From Vicugna vicugna (lineage: Eukaryota), in NCBI GenBank assembly GCA_013265495.1, contig MU058531.1, positions 2,604,911 to 2,668,910 on the forward strand: DNA of 64,000 nucleotides, in the 5' to 3' direction. Position numbers and translations under genes: made by a program. Below are positions 48,801 through 61,308 of the stretch, one piece after another. Within the stretch, counting starts at the first letter, position 1; every line of letters begins with the position of its first letter. A model generated the notes under the pieces. That model was not told the DNA's origin and did not search any database. It saw only the letters and a program-made list of their open reading frames with translations.

Positions 48801-50330
48801 TTTCTAATTCTTTTGGGTACATACCTTGGGGTGGAATTGCTGGGTCATATTGTAACTTTATTTTCCACTTTCTGAGGAACTGCTAAACTGTTTTCCACAG
48901 TGGCTGGACCCTTTTGCATCCCCAGACTCTTTTTTTGTTTTTTAAATAGCCAACCTCTTTGAGGGATAATTTACATGTCTTAAACTGCACACATTTTAAA
49001 GAGTACAGCTCAATTAGTTTTGGCAAATGTATATGTTCATGTAATCACCATCACAGTCAAGAAATAAAACATTTCCATGACCTTAGAAAGCTTCTCATGT
49101 CTATTGGAGTCAGCCTGTCCTCTAGACAACCACTAGTATGTTTTCTGTTACTGTAGATCAGCTTTGCTTGTTTTAGAACTTTACATAAATGGACTCACGC
49201 AGTATGTACTCTTTTGGATATGACTTCTTTTACTCCGTATAATGTTTCTTTAAGATTCATCCATGTTGATGTGCTCATTGTAGTTTTTCCCTGTTTATTG
49301 CTGAGCAAAAATCTAGTTTATTGATGCACCATACTTTGTTTATCCATTCATCTGGGGATGTACTTTTGGGTTGTTTCCAGTTTGGGGGCTGAAACAAGCA
49401 GCTATAAGCATTTGTGAGCAAGTCTTTCTGTGGTCATATGTTTTCATTCACTTTGAGAAAATACCTAGGCGTGGAATTGCTGCATCAAAGTCGGATGCAC
49501 GTTTAACTTTGTAAGAAAGGGCCACAGTGTCTTCAAAGTCATTGTCAAGCTGGTTGATGATACTGCTGCTGTCACTGTGTCCTTACTGGCTTTTTTGCCT
49601 ACTTCTATCAGATTTTGAGAGAAGAATGTTAAAAATATCAAACTACAATTATGGATTTGTCCATTTCCCCCTTTATTTCTTTTTGTTTTCCTTCATGAGT
49701 GTTGAACTCTATTATTAGGGGCATACACATGTTGGATTGTTTTACCTCCCTGAATATTGGCCCCAGTATCATTATGAGACGCCTCTCTTGCCATTCTCTC
49801 TGTCTTGAAGGCTATTTTGTGTGATATTAACATAGATTCTCCAGACTTCTTGTACTGTTTGCATCGTGTATCTCTCATCATCCTTTTATTTTCAGTGTGT
49901 TTGAGTCTTCATAATGAACATGTCTCACCAGTAGGTTGCATGTATTTGAGCCTTGCTTTTCATCCTGTTGGACAATCCCTGCATTTCAAGTGGGGCTTTT
50001 ACATTTAAAATAATGATTGACACGGCTGCGTTTAAACCTGTTCTCTTGCTACTTGTTTTCCATTCGTTTACTCAGTTTTTTTGTTTCTTTGTTGCTCCTC
50101 GTCTGCCTCCTTTGGGGTTAGTAAATATTGTTTGATATCCCATTTTATGTTCTCTATTTGTTTCTTAGTTATACATTTAAAAATATTTAAGAATTTTTAC
50201 ATGATTTCTCCAGCACTAACCATATGCATCCTTAACTCACTAAAGTCTGTTTAGAGTCCATTTTACCACTTCAGACTTCATGTATCACACTTCATGCCAA
50301 CACTCCATACTTCTGACTCCCTACTTCACA
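45830..50330 (-). mobile_element. Cluster of old L1 fragments (3' ends, ORF1 remnant, endonuclease remnant)
   Basis: ORF1p-like KIFEEIMAGISPNLMKSINPQ...IIIKLL at 47191-47487; endonuclease-like ...HVYAPNN at 49693-49881; several reverse-complement L1 3' ends. Confidence 0.85.
46416..46510 (-). mobile_element. tRNA-derived SINE (Vic-1-like, short-tail type)
   Basis: Reverse-complement A/B boxes and poly(T). TSD cacatgttt(c/a)ac. Confidence 0.92.
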
Positions 50331-52343
50331 AATGCAGTGAGCTTACAATAGTATAATTCTATTTACCCACTGCCATTTACAAGAGCCCTCTTATTTCGTA
50401 GAATAAGCGTAATTAAGACATGTTGCCTTCCCTCAATGAGCCCAGCACAGAGGAGAAGATGGACGTGTAAAGGACAAATTGTACTGCAGGGAGATAAAGA
50501 GAGAGGGAAACCTTAAAAGGAAGCGTAAGTGGCTTCAAGGAAGGACTTAATCCAATCTGATCAAAGAGGAATCCAGAAAGGCTTCACAGAGGAGGTGCTA
50601 AAAATGGAGTTGTAAATATAGGTATGACTTATCAGAAGCAAAAAGAGGAATATGATGCCGTAGGCAGAAGGAACTAGAAAGCACAAATAGTTCAGTGTGT
50701 CTGGAGCAGGCAGCATGGAGAGTGAAGAGATGAGGCTGAAGTTTAGGGCATTATCTCTGGTTCATGGAGAGCCTCAGTGTGCAGGTAATAAGAAGAATCT
50801 CTAATACATGCAGATTTGCTTTAGGCAATGAAGACTGGACTGGAAAGTGGCGAAGTGGGAGAGCAGAGAAAGGAGTTTGTGGGAGAATTTGATTGTTCCT
50901 GTGAGAAATAATAGCAGCTAAAAGGTGCCTGGAGAGAAAGGCTGCAGGCAGGCACTATGGGGAGTTGAACCACAGGACCTCCTAATCAACTGGATGTGAG
51001 GAACAAGAGCAAATCTAGTCTGGATGGCTAGAGGTGGAAGTGACATTCACTAGGATAGAGAAGGCAGACCATGGTCAATGTCAGGAGAAGGAGGAAGATG
51101 GAGACTTCAAGATGGGACCTGCTGAATGTGGGGGTGTCTGTGGGAAGTTTATCTGGAGATGTCCAAGAGACAGCTGCAAATATGTTCTGGTGTTCAGGGC
51201 AGAGAAGACTGGAATTGAGATTTGTCAATGGGTGGCGGTGGGGAGGCGCATGGCAGCTGTGGTTCTGGATGAAACTGACCAGACTGAAGATGTGGAGTCA
51301 GGATAACAGGCAAGAAAGGAGCCTTGGAAGGGGACTGAAGGGAAACCGCCCAGGAAGAGGGCAGCTCACCAAGATTCCGTGCTCTGAGGGATCATTACTG
51401 GTTTTATTCACTTGTTAAATATTCCATTTGCCTTTTTGCTTAACGTAAGACGACATCGCGTGTTAATTGAGCATATAGGGTTTTTATCTGCTATTAATGA
51501 ACTGGTATCCGGTTTCTCAGAGCCCAGGAGGATGGATCATGTGACAGCTCGGTGGCTCACAACCCCTGCTACTGGGCAAGGCAGGAAGGAGTAGGCACCC
51601 AGCGCCGGCAGGATGAGAATCTTGTTGGGCACAGCCTCAATGAAGATGAAAGAAGCCACCCTTCAGTGAGGACTTACTATGTGCTAAACACTGTAGAGGC
51701 CATTTACTGACATTATTTGGCCTTTAAACCTCAACAGGGAAGTGTGAGAAAGCTATTAGCTCATTCTATTGGGGGGGAAAAAAAAACCAAACCCCAAAGG
51801 CTCAGAATTCTGGAATGTGCTTGTGGCCTGAATTCTTTGCCATATTAACCCTTTTTTCCTTTCTGGTATTTCTGCCTCCCTCTTTCTCCCATTCAAACAG
51901 AAAGTCCACCCTGGGCTCCCAACCTCCAGGTAGATTTGAGACAGAGCTTCCTGGTTGTTTCCAAAAGCTTAAAAACTTTAACGATAGTATTTCAAAAGGG
52001 AAGGATTTTATTCATACTAAAAAAAATCTTCCTAGGGCTGGAGGCAGGAGGTAAGGAGAGCAAAGACCGCTCTTCTCCGTCTGAACTGTAGAGAGGGGCT
52101 TTGTGGTGAGTCTCAAGTGAGGGAACAGGGGGCTGTTCTCCCAGAGGGTCCCTCTCCAGAGGTGGCACAGAAGGGGGAAGAGAGGAGCGTTCTGAGGATC
52201 CTTGCAGACAAGAACAGGGTTACCCTGGGGCTGATCTGAGTGGAGCCATGACTGAGCACTGAGGGGCCCCTCCTATTACCAAATCTGCCCTCTACCCTCT
52301 CCCCCTCCCAATGTCAAGGCCAGCCCTGGGAGGTGAAGGACAC

Positions 52344-52568
52344 CAGTGGAGCATGGGAGCCTGGTGAGCTGGCTCTCAAAAAAAGAAAAGAAAAGAAAGA
52401 AAGTAATAAAAGAAGCCCTTATTTGTAGCACTTGCTGATTTTGTGGTGTAACTGCACCACCACGGCTGATACCAAACTATGAACGTGAGGTCGTTCTATG
52501 TAGAGTTGGGAAAAGCTGTGTACCGTCTGGTCTCATGAGCTGGTGCAAGCTAGCTCCAGCCCACCAGC
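52344..52568. mobile_element. hAT MITE remnant (MER63-like)
   Basis: Motifs agcccttatttgtagc and gctagctccagcccacca. Confidence 0.5.
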
Positions 52569-53392
52569 AAAACCCTTCTGGAGAAGACTAGAATTATCAT
52601 TTCTTATCAGCAAAACAGAAATGAAGGTGTGCTTTCCAAAACATATGAATTGATCGTTCTTGCCCACCTAATTTATGGACAGAGAATGCATCTGTTACTC
52701 AATCTAAACACCAAGAAAGTGGCTGACCTGGGATTTGAACCCTGGGGCTACCTGACTCCAAAGCCTTGCCAGCCTTGTGATGGACTCTGTTCTCTAGACT
52801 GAGGCCCTGTGGGGGTGCTGGCCTGCGCTGCTGCCTGCGATTCTGCCCCCATCCCCAACTCTTGCCCTTCCGTGATCCTATGAGAAGACTCTCCTTGGCT
52901 GGCGGTAGGGCAGAAGTCAGGGGTATCCTTTTACATCATCTCTCTCCTGCTTTAATCAACAGTTCCTTGGAAATCGCTGGTGATGGCTCTAGATTTTACT
53001 TTCAGATTCTGAGCACAATTCAATCATAAACGTTAAGTGATTGCTGGCCGCAGTGGGGACAGGAGTGGGTCCTGTGGGTCACTTTGCCTGCGCAGCTGTC
53101 CATGCCCTTGGAAGCTGGGAGGTGGTACTCACTTCTCACACTCACTGTGGTGGGTAATTTAGTCACCAGAGGAAGGGAAAATGCCACCATTTCACTTTTC
53201 TAAGCTTGTGGCCCACATCAATTTATCATGAGTTTTTCTGCTGAGCCTAGACTAGACCTCACAAGCCTCAATATTGCACTCCAGGAAGCAATTACCAGGT
53301 GGCTGGGCCAGGTAGCAAGCCCACGTGCATGTCTCTCAACTCCAACCTCACCCTTCTATACCTGCCTTGAGAGGCTGGGGCTGGGACTCTGC

Positions 53393-53406
53393 CCACCAGG
53401 GGGAGC
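53393..53406 (+). promoter_or_regulatory. Candidate CTCF site
   Basis: CCACCAGGGGGAGC is one mismatch from the core CCASYAGRKGGCRS. Confidence 0.5.
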
Positions 53407-53669
53407 TAGAGGGAAGCTGCCGAGCTGGGGGACGGGAAGGGACTGGCTCCTCCCCGTCAGCTTGTGTTCCTGTGCCCATCACCTGGGCAACGCTCCGGCA
53501 CTCCAGCCCTGGTAGCTTCTTCCTGGAGTAAAAGCTGAACCCAGTTTGTAGTTTTCTCAGCACATTTGTAAAACAAGCCTCCTTGTGCTCCCTTAGAGAC
53601 ACCGGCACCAGCCTGCCAGCCCCTCCCTCAGGGTCTTGCTTCTGAGGGCCCCTCCTCCAAGCTTATATG

Positions 53670-53824
53670 GTTTTTTTTTTGGTTGTTTGGTTGGTTTTTT
53701 TGTTTGTTTTTGGAAGGGGGTGGTAATTAGGTTTATTTATTTTTTTAATGAATGTACTGGGGATTGAACTTAGGACTTTGTGCATAGTAAGTACTCACTC
53801 TACCACTAACCTATACCCTCCCTG
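53670..53824 (-). mobile_element. tRNA-derived SINE (Vic-1-like, diverged)
   Basis: Reverse-complement SINE body. TSD ccaagctt(a/c)ta(t/c)g. Confidence 0.88.
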
Positions 53825-54596
53825 CCAAGCTTCTACGTGTTAATATTCCCTTTGGGCCTTCGCTGTAGGGGTGTAGCTACTCCTGCAGTTGGCACCTCTG
53901 TGACACCCTAGAGTTCGCTTTTTACCTGTCGGGTTACCCAGTTAACAATTCTTTATATTCAATTCTGTCTATTAAAATAGCTGGTGTGATTTCTGTCCCC
54001 TGGCTGGTCCCTGACTGATATATATGCAAAATATATAAAACCTATGTGCATCCCTGGGCCAGGCCACGATGGTGGCATCAGTGGCAGAAGCTCTGCCACG
54101 TAAAACTTGAGGCTTTTCTATGGTTCCAACAAACCTCACTCAGCAAGCACTGCAAGGCAAGAAAGAGTAGAAAGGGCCCTGGATGACTTCACCCTCTCGG
54201 ACTGGGTGTCCAGGTGGTAGGCTCCCCGCCTGGTGCATTTATTATTACTCCAACTTTAGAGTGGGGTGAGGGGCAACCTGAGAAATAAGCCACCTCATTT
54301 CAGAAGACAAACCTGAGACATCAAAAAGGGAAGGGAGCTGACTCAGGTCACACAGCAAGTGTAGGTGATACTATAGAGTGGGGCTGGGCTCCAGCGCTCC
54401 TGAACCACTGGGCTTCCTTGGAGCACCAGCTGGTTCTTAACTCTCCCCACTTAGCAAATATCTAGGCTTAAGATGGAGGTTGTGCCAACTTGTTTTTCTA
54501 CAATATTGGATAAAATAGAGAAAGACATTTCTTTTCTGAAATTGCATAAAAGTGGTTAAAACACTTGTCTTTATGTTTAAAATGACCCAATCACTA

Positions 54597-55168
54597 CATA
54601 CTCCTCCATGTTCATATCAACACTATTTACAATAGCCAAGACATGGAAGCAACTAAATATCCAACAACAAATGATTGGATAAGGAAGATGTGGTATATAT
54701 ATATATATGCATACACAATGGAATACTACTCAGCCATAAAAAAGAATGAAATAGTGCCATTTGCAGCAACATGGATGGACCTAGAGATTATCATGTTAAA
54801 TGAAGTAAGTCAGACAGAAAGACAAATATCATATGATATCACTTACATGTGGAATCTAAAAAAAACTGACACAAATGAACTTATTTACAAAGCAGAAATA
54901 GACTCATAGACATAGAAAACAAACTTATGATTTCCAAAAGGGAAAAGACGGGGAGGGATAAATTAGGAGTTTGGGATTAACAGATACAAACTACTATATA
55001 TAAAATAACTAAACAACAAGCTCCTACTGTATAGGACAGGGAACTATATTCAATAACTTGTAATAACCTATAATGAAAAAGAATCTATCAATCTATATCC
55101 AAATCATTATGCTATGCACCAGAAACTAACACAACATTGTAGATCAACTACACTTCAATTAAAAAAAA
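54597..55168 (+). mobile_element. 5'-truncated L1 3' end
   Basis: Peptide [28 protein letters not shown]; ends cttcaattaaaaaaaa. Degenerate TSD gacc(ca/tg)atcacta. Confidence 0.92.
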
Positions 55169-58100
55169 GACCTGATCACTAAGTGTAAATGCACCATCCC
55201 AATTCTAAATTTTTAAGTGTGGCACTGGATTATGAAAGCTTGCAGCTAGTTGTGAGCTTGCGGGAGAGTTCCTTGACCTCCATGTCCTGTAAAGTGGCAT
55301 TTCTAGTCATATTTACCTCTCAAGGTCAATATTGGGCAAAGCATTCCCTTAATAGGTGGGAGCTATTGTAGATGAATGATTTTCATACTTGCTTCAAATG
55401 CAGTATATCCACTTCTTTTTCCCATTGGTCTTTCTGGTGCTGAAACAAAATCTTTTTTTTTTTCCTCCAGTAGCACTATTCTTGGCATAAAGCCTGAGCT
55501 CAGTAAACGTTGGAGATTATTAAGTTGTCAGTATCAACATGTGGTGTTTTCCTAAGAGCTCTGTGAAGTAAAATTCCTACCCTAAGAGACAGTCGAGGCC
55601 ATTTCTCTCGGGAAAAAGAGGTCTCTTCTCTTTTCACCTCTTCCTAACCCTGGAAAAGGTCCCTTCTGGTGACTGAGCAGGCTGACAGGTCTCACACTCC
55701 TGGTGACCCATCAGTGGGGTCACAGAGTATGGGGCCTGCTGGGTTGGCCTCCAGGAGAAAGGGCCCCTGAAGGCCATCATCCGCAGCCTGGCTGGGTTCA
55801 CACCCAGTGATTTACCGAGCATGGGGGCCACTGACACCTTTTATGCCTCTTCCTTCAGGCCAAAGGAACTCAGCGTGGGGAGAGGTGGCCGGGAACCCAT
55901 CTCTGGGTCACTTGACAGAACTCTCCCATCATTGATGGTGTCCCTTTGCCCTGGAAAACAAAACCTAGGCCCCCTGACTTTGGGTTACCACACTTTGGCA
56001 CCACCTTTGAAGCCAGGATCTGAATTTACGACACAAGCGTGAAAGACCGTTTCAGGCTCTGCCCTCTTTCCCGGCCGCTGAACTTGATGTGGTCCAGAGT
56101 AAATCACCCTAATGGCCACTGGGCCGGCATTGTTGCGGGAGGTTTTACGCCCGTGCTGGCAGTTGTGCAGGGGGCCACGTTGGATTGCCAAGTGTCGAGT
56201 TACAGTCGCTGTAACTGTTGCCTTGTGCATAATTATGAAGAGATGTAACTCTCCAAGGTAGGCGCAATGCAGGACTTTCAAAAACTAGGTTCGGGAAGGG
56301 GAGGGAAAAACACAAGGCAACCGGTTTCTAGCCCATGAAGGGGTCTGCTTTCTCCAACACTGTGGACAAAGAAGCCGCTTTCTCTGGGGAGGAGAGGTGG
56401 CCCAGACCACCAGCTGGTCCCTAGACTTGATGTTAATGGGAGGGCTGTGTCTTCCCGGCCCCTCAGGTGGCAGGAGCTGGGGCTACCTGGCTTTGGGTCT
56501 TCACTGTGCAGGGGTGGGCAGAGGGTGATGTGTCCCAGGGACACCAGCCAACTGAAGCTGTGGTCAGGGAAGAAATCCTTAATCCCTCTCCACTCACATT
56601 TTTATGATGAGTCGTTGCATTGCCTGTGGGCGGCTGTTTATTTATCTGCAGCCTTGGAAGGTCCATGAAGGTGCACATGCCCTCTTGTTCGGTGGAGCCC
56701 AGGGACACAGGCTCGGGAAGAGCCAGTCCTCATTAAGCATTAGTTATGGGTGTGTGCGATTTCTCTCCAGCCCCTATAGGATGATATCTGTCACTCTTGG
56801 ATCAGCTGGATTCAGTGATGGTCCCAATTCTCCCTCTTCTTTTCTTTTTTCTCCTGGTACTGGGAGTGGTGATGTCTCTGCTTATTCATCCAGTGGTGGA
56901 GGATGCAGAAGGAAGGGCAGGAAGGATGGGGGAGCAGATGGTGCAGACACTTCCCCTTCTGGGGGACCCCGTCCCCTTCACACGCTCCCTGGGAACTCTA
57001 ACCTGCGATGCCTCTTTCTTCCTGCCCTTGATGTATATGCTGTTTAGCAATTACTTTATTATTAAATGTAACTGAAAAACTAACACACTCCCATAGCAAA
57101 AACTCAACAAAGGGCATTTAGTGAAAATCCTCCTTCCTTCCTCCGACCCCAGGCTGCCTCTCCTTGCCCCCAAGAGGAAGCCATTGCTGTTGGTGTCTGG
57201 TTTGGGATGTCCATCTTGGTATTTACTTTTACTTGTATGAAAATGTCAGGGATGAAGGGGAGGGACGAACTGTGATTTGCCTCTGGCCCTTAGCTGTTGA
57301 GGGTGAGGACGAGGTCAACCAAATCAATGGCCAGTGCCATGTCTGAATGTAGAAGGGCTGCCGGTGCTAAGGTCTTGGGAGGTTGGGGCAGGTCTTTCAG
57401 GAGAGAGAGGAGGGGAGGGGTAACCTGTGTAACAATGCATTATTATTCTTTCAGAAACCCCAAGAGGTCTGGGGTTCCAGAATTGAAAGTTAGGGCTTTG
57501 TTCTCTATCAACTCTCGTAGAAGAGATATACAGAGAATTCAAATACAGGAGCAATAAACACAGTGCAGAGGAAGCAGAGAGGAAGGGGGAGAGCAAGGAC
57601 AAGGTGGTGAGGAAAGGCTTCTTGAAAGCAGTAATGTCTGAGCAGGGCTTTAAAGGATCAATAGGAGTTGACTGGGCTGAAATAAGGGCTGTGGGGAAAG
57701 CATATGTGAAAGGTTTAGAATTTGGAGAATTGTAGCCAGGTTGACACTGTTGAGCCTAAAGTGTGTGTGTGTGTGTAAGCATGCACACACGCACTTAACC
57801 ACATGGTGATGTGTGCAAACACAGGCGTGAAGTTGGAGATGGAGCTTGAGGGGCCCACGAGGGTTGGATTACAAAGGGAACTGCCTTGACTGATGGTGGA
57901 GAACAAAGTGTGTTTCCTTCGTGTGTTCCTCATTCCACTAATGGTTACTGAGCACCAACATGTGCTAAGCAGGCATAGTGCCAGGTGTCTGGGAGATGAT
58001 GGAAAACAGGCATCTGAGCCTCTGTCCTCATGGACTGACATTCAAAGCGTATATGTGAGGGGGGATTCAGTGGATAAAAAAATAACAAATGCACGCTCAC

Positions 58101-59329
58101 TGCCAGTGCTGTGAGAAGAATGGGGCACTCAAGGGAGTCCTCTTGGAGGAGGGGATGCTGACACAGAGACCTGAAGGATGAGAAAGATGTGTGTGGGAAG
58201 ACTCGCCCAGGCAGGAGGACAGCGGGCTGCTTGGCCGTGTGCATGAGAAATGGCGGTGGGAGAAGCCATGCTCCCAGGTGAGCAGAGGTGACCAAGCCAA
58301 TGGGACCAGAGGGAACCCATTTAGAATGGTACTTGGAGGAGCAGAATCTGGCTGGCAAGTGGAGGTATGCATCCAGAGTGGAGGTACTGGAGGACCCAGG
58401 TGCAAGGGGTCAGGGCCTGGGGGAAGGTCATGGCTCCCCGCACCACTATCGAGCCCATCACCACATCTGGCCCACTGTTCCTCCTCAGTATCTCACAAGT
58501 CCATCCATCCCTTTCCATCTCCAATTCCCACTGGCGTCCTGGATCAGACACCATCATCCCACCTGGATCTGGTGCCCCCTAACTGCCCTCCACGGCTCCA
58601 TTCTTAACCTCATGCAAGCCAGTCTGCACCTGGCAGCCAGAGTCACGTTTTAAAATGAAAGTGTGATCACATCACTACCCAGCTCAGAATCCTTCAGGTG
58701 TTCCCTGTTGCCTTCAAGCTCCTTAAGAAGATCTGGCCTTGCTGGTTTCACCTCCTCACCTCTCGGAACTCCCTGCCGTCTCCTGCCTCCCCCACCTTTT
58801 CCTGCCATGGAAACTTTTTTACTGCCGTGAACTCGTCTCTCCTCACTTGTCTCTAGGTCCTTCTGTAGGCTCTTCCTTCTTCCCGTGATTCTCTTCCTCC
58901 CCTTTGGCTCCCGTGACCCCTAATCAGTCTCATTTCTGATCATCTTCTGGGTCTTCTTGTTCAGGAAAGCTTTTCTGGTTCGCCAAGCCTGGGTCGGGTG
59001 GCCCCTAGCAGTGCTCACCCCCACCCCCAATCCTAGCTCTTATCATGCTGTGTTGTGACTGCCGGCTTCTTGTCTGTGTCCTGAACTAGATTCCAAGAGA
59101 AGGGCAAAGTCGTGTCCTGAGCCCTCAGCACAGTGCCCAGCATGTAGCTGGTGCTGATAGGTCCTTACTGTTGAAGGACCAAATTCTGAGACGTAGAAGG
59201 AAGAACAGATAGGGGGTGAGAGTCAGGCTGAGGAAGGGGGAGTTGAAGGTGATGTGCTCAGGAAGGGACAGTGGCCAAGGGACAGCAGTGACCAGGATGG
59301 TGAGGATTCCCTGGTCCTTACTGTGTGTG

Positions 59330-59520
59330 CGGCACCATTCTGCATGCTTGACATGTATTAGCTCATTAATCCTCCTGAAAAGAATATGAGGAGGATACCA
59401 TGAATATTCCTGTTTCTGCAGAGGAGGAAACTGAGGCACAGAAAGGTTAAGAAACTTACCCAGTGTCATGCAACTAGTAAGTGAGATGGCTGGGATTCAA
59501 ACAAGGTAGTCTGGTTCCTA
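59330..59520 (-). mobile_element. MIR SINE
   Basis: Core gaggaaactgaggcacagaaaggttaag...ctgggattcaaac. Confidence 0.8.
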
Positions 59521-60509
59521 CAATGTGCACATGAGGAAGACATGTTTAATTTGGGCACTTTAAACTTTAACTGACAATAAACCAATTCTCTCAACAACTT
59601 GCAATAGCCTCATGGGGTTGTGACAGCTCAGCTGGTCCAAACTGGACAGGCTAAAGGAACCTGGGGGAATTGGAATCCCGGGGGTGACCCAAAGGCCGAC
59701 AGGAGAGCTCTAGGCTAGCACTGAACTCCAGCCCAGCAGCACGGTCCAGGGGAACAGCAGTCAAGCTATCGCCTGATGCCAGTCGTGCTCCTCGAAGTGA
59801 CTTTCCAACCTGGGCAGCTTGTGAATAACAGTGGAGTCTGTTGACTGAATCGACTATGCCAGTCAAGAAACTCCATGCTCCTTGGTGATATAGTAACCGG
59901 CTGTATTGTACATCACTATTAAAAATATACACCTGTTTATGGGCCCCCAAAACAACTCTTGTAAACTTAGGTGGGGGTAGGTGTTGTATAGGAAGGACAA
60001 AGATGAATGATTCAGTCATTCAGCAGTATTTAGTGAGCGCCTGCTCTGTGCCGGGCAGAGGGCCAGGGGCGGGGCTTACAGTGGTAAATGAGCAAAATGG
60101 CCCCTCGTGGAGCTGACGTTACAGTGCGGAGGGGGGGCACACGAGAAACAGTGAGCAGTTACTACTTGCAATTACTGTCAGGAAAGGCTGAGTGAGCTAA
60201 CAAAATGGTGGTGATGGTGAGTTTCTGGGTGTTGTTAGGCGTGCAGGCCAGTTTCAGTGCAGGTGCTTTTGGGGTTTCACTATAAAGATGGTGGAGGAAT
60301 TTAGGGTCATGTCAGGCCATAGGAGTTGTGTGAAGTGTGATGCCTCTTTAACACACCTGCAGTTCTCTTGGAGAAAGTAAGCAGCGGGAAGCAGTGTCGA
60401 TCGCTCTCAAATGCTTGGTGAGTAGCCCTCACAATCTCTACTCAGATACCAAAGGGGCTATTTCATCAGGACCCTAAGAGTAAAAGTGGACCTTTTAGGT
60501 CCCTCAGAC

Positions 60510-61140
60510 TTTGCTGATGGGATTGTAAAGCAGTACAACCTTTCTGCAAAAATTTTGAAATATCTACCAAGAGTCTTGAGAAAGGCATTGCTTTCTTCCT
60601 TTTTTTTTTTTTAAATGGAGGTACTGGGGATCGAACCCAGAACCTCATGCATGCTAAGCATGCGCTCTACCACTGAGCTATATACCCTCCCCATCCCCAT
60701 TGCTTTTTGACCCCAGCAATCCCCCTCCAGAAATTAATCCCAGGGAAATACTCAGAATTGAGGACAAAAGATTTCTGATAAAAATGTATTTTTCAGGGTA
60801 GCTTAAATTGTATAAAATTGGAAACAATGAAGAGTATGTAAATAATTGTATATCTTTGTGGTGGATTACAGTATAGTCATTTTTGATGAATATTTAATCC
60901 CAAGAAATGTTTGCCAAGTAAGTTAAGTGACAAAAGCAAAACATAAAAATATGACCAATGGCAGGAGTCTCTTTTTAACAAACAGAGATATATGCACGTT
61001 GAAAAAGTTGCAGATGTTAGTAGTTTTATCTGGCTGGAAGGGATTTTGGGGTATTTTCATCTTCTTTGAACCTTTCTGTGCGTTTCCAAATTATCCTGAA
61101 CAATCATATCTCATGTATAATCAGGAGAAAGACATTTAAA
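60510..61140 (+). mobile_element. Old L1 (L1ME-like) 3' remnant interrupted by a SINE
   Basis: Degenerate L1 motifs gtacaacctttctg, tttgaccccagcaatccc, aaaattggaaacaa. Confidence 0.65.
60595..60697 (-). mobile_element. tRNA-derived SINE (Vic-1-like, short-tail type)
   Basis: Reverse-complement A/B boxes (B box GGTTCGATCCC). TSD cattgcttt. Confidence 0.92.
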
Positions 61141-61149
61141 AGTGGACCT

Positions 61150-61308
61150 GGGGTGGGTATAGCTCAGTGGTAGAGCACATGCTTAGTATGCATGCACCAG
61201 GTCCGGGGTTCAATCCCCGGTACCTCCATTAATTAATAACTAAGTAAGTAAGTAAGTAAATAAACCTAATTACCCCCCCTGCAAAAAATAAAAGTAAGAA
61301 ATTAGGAA
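61150..61308 (+). mobile_element. tRNA-derived SINE (Vic-1-like)
   Basis: A/B boxes, (TAAG)n tail. TSD aaaagtggac. Confidence 0.92.
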
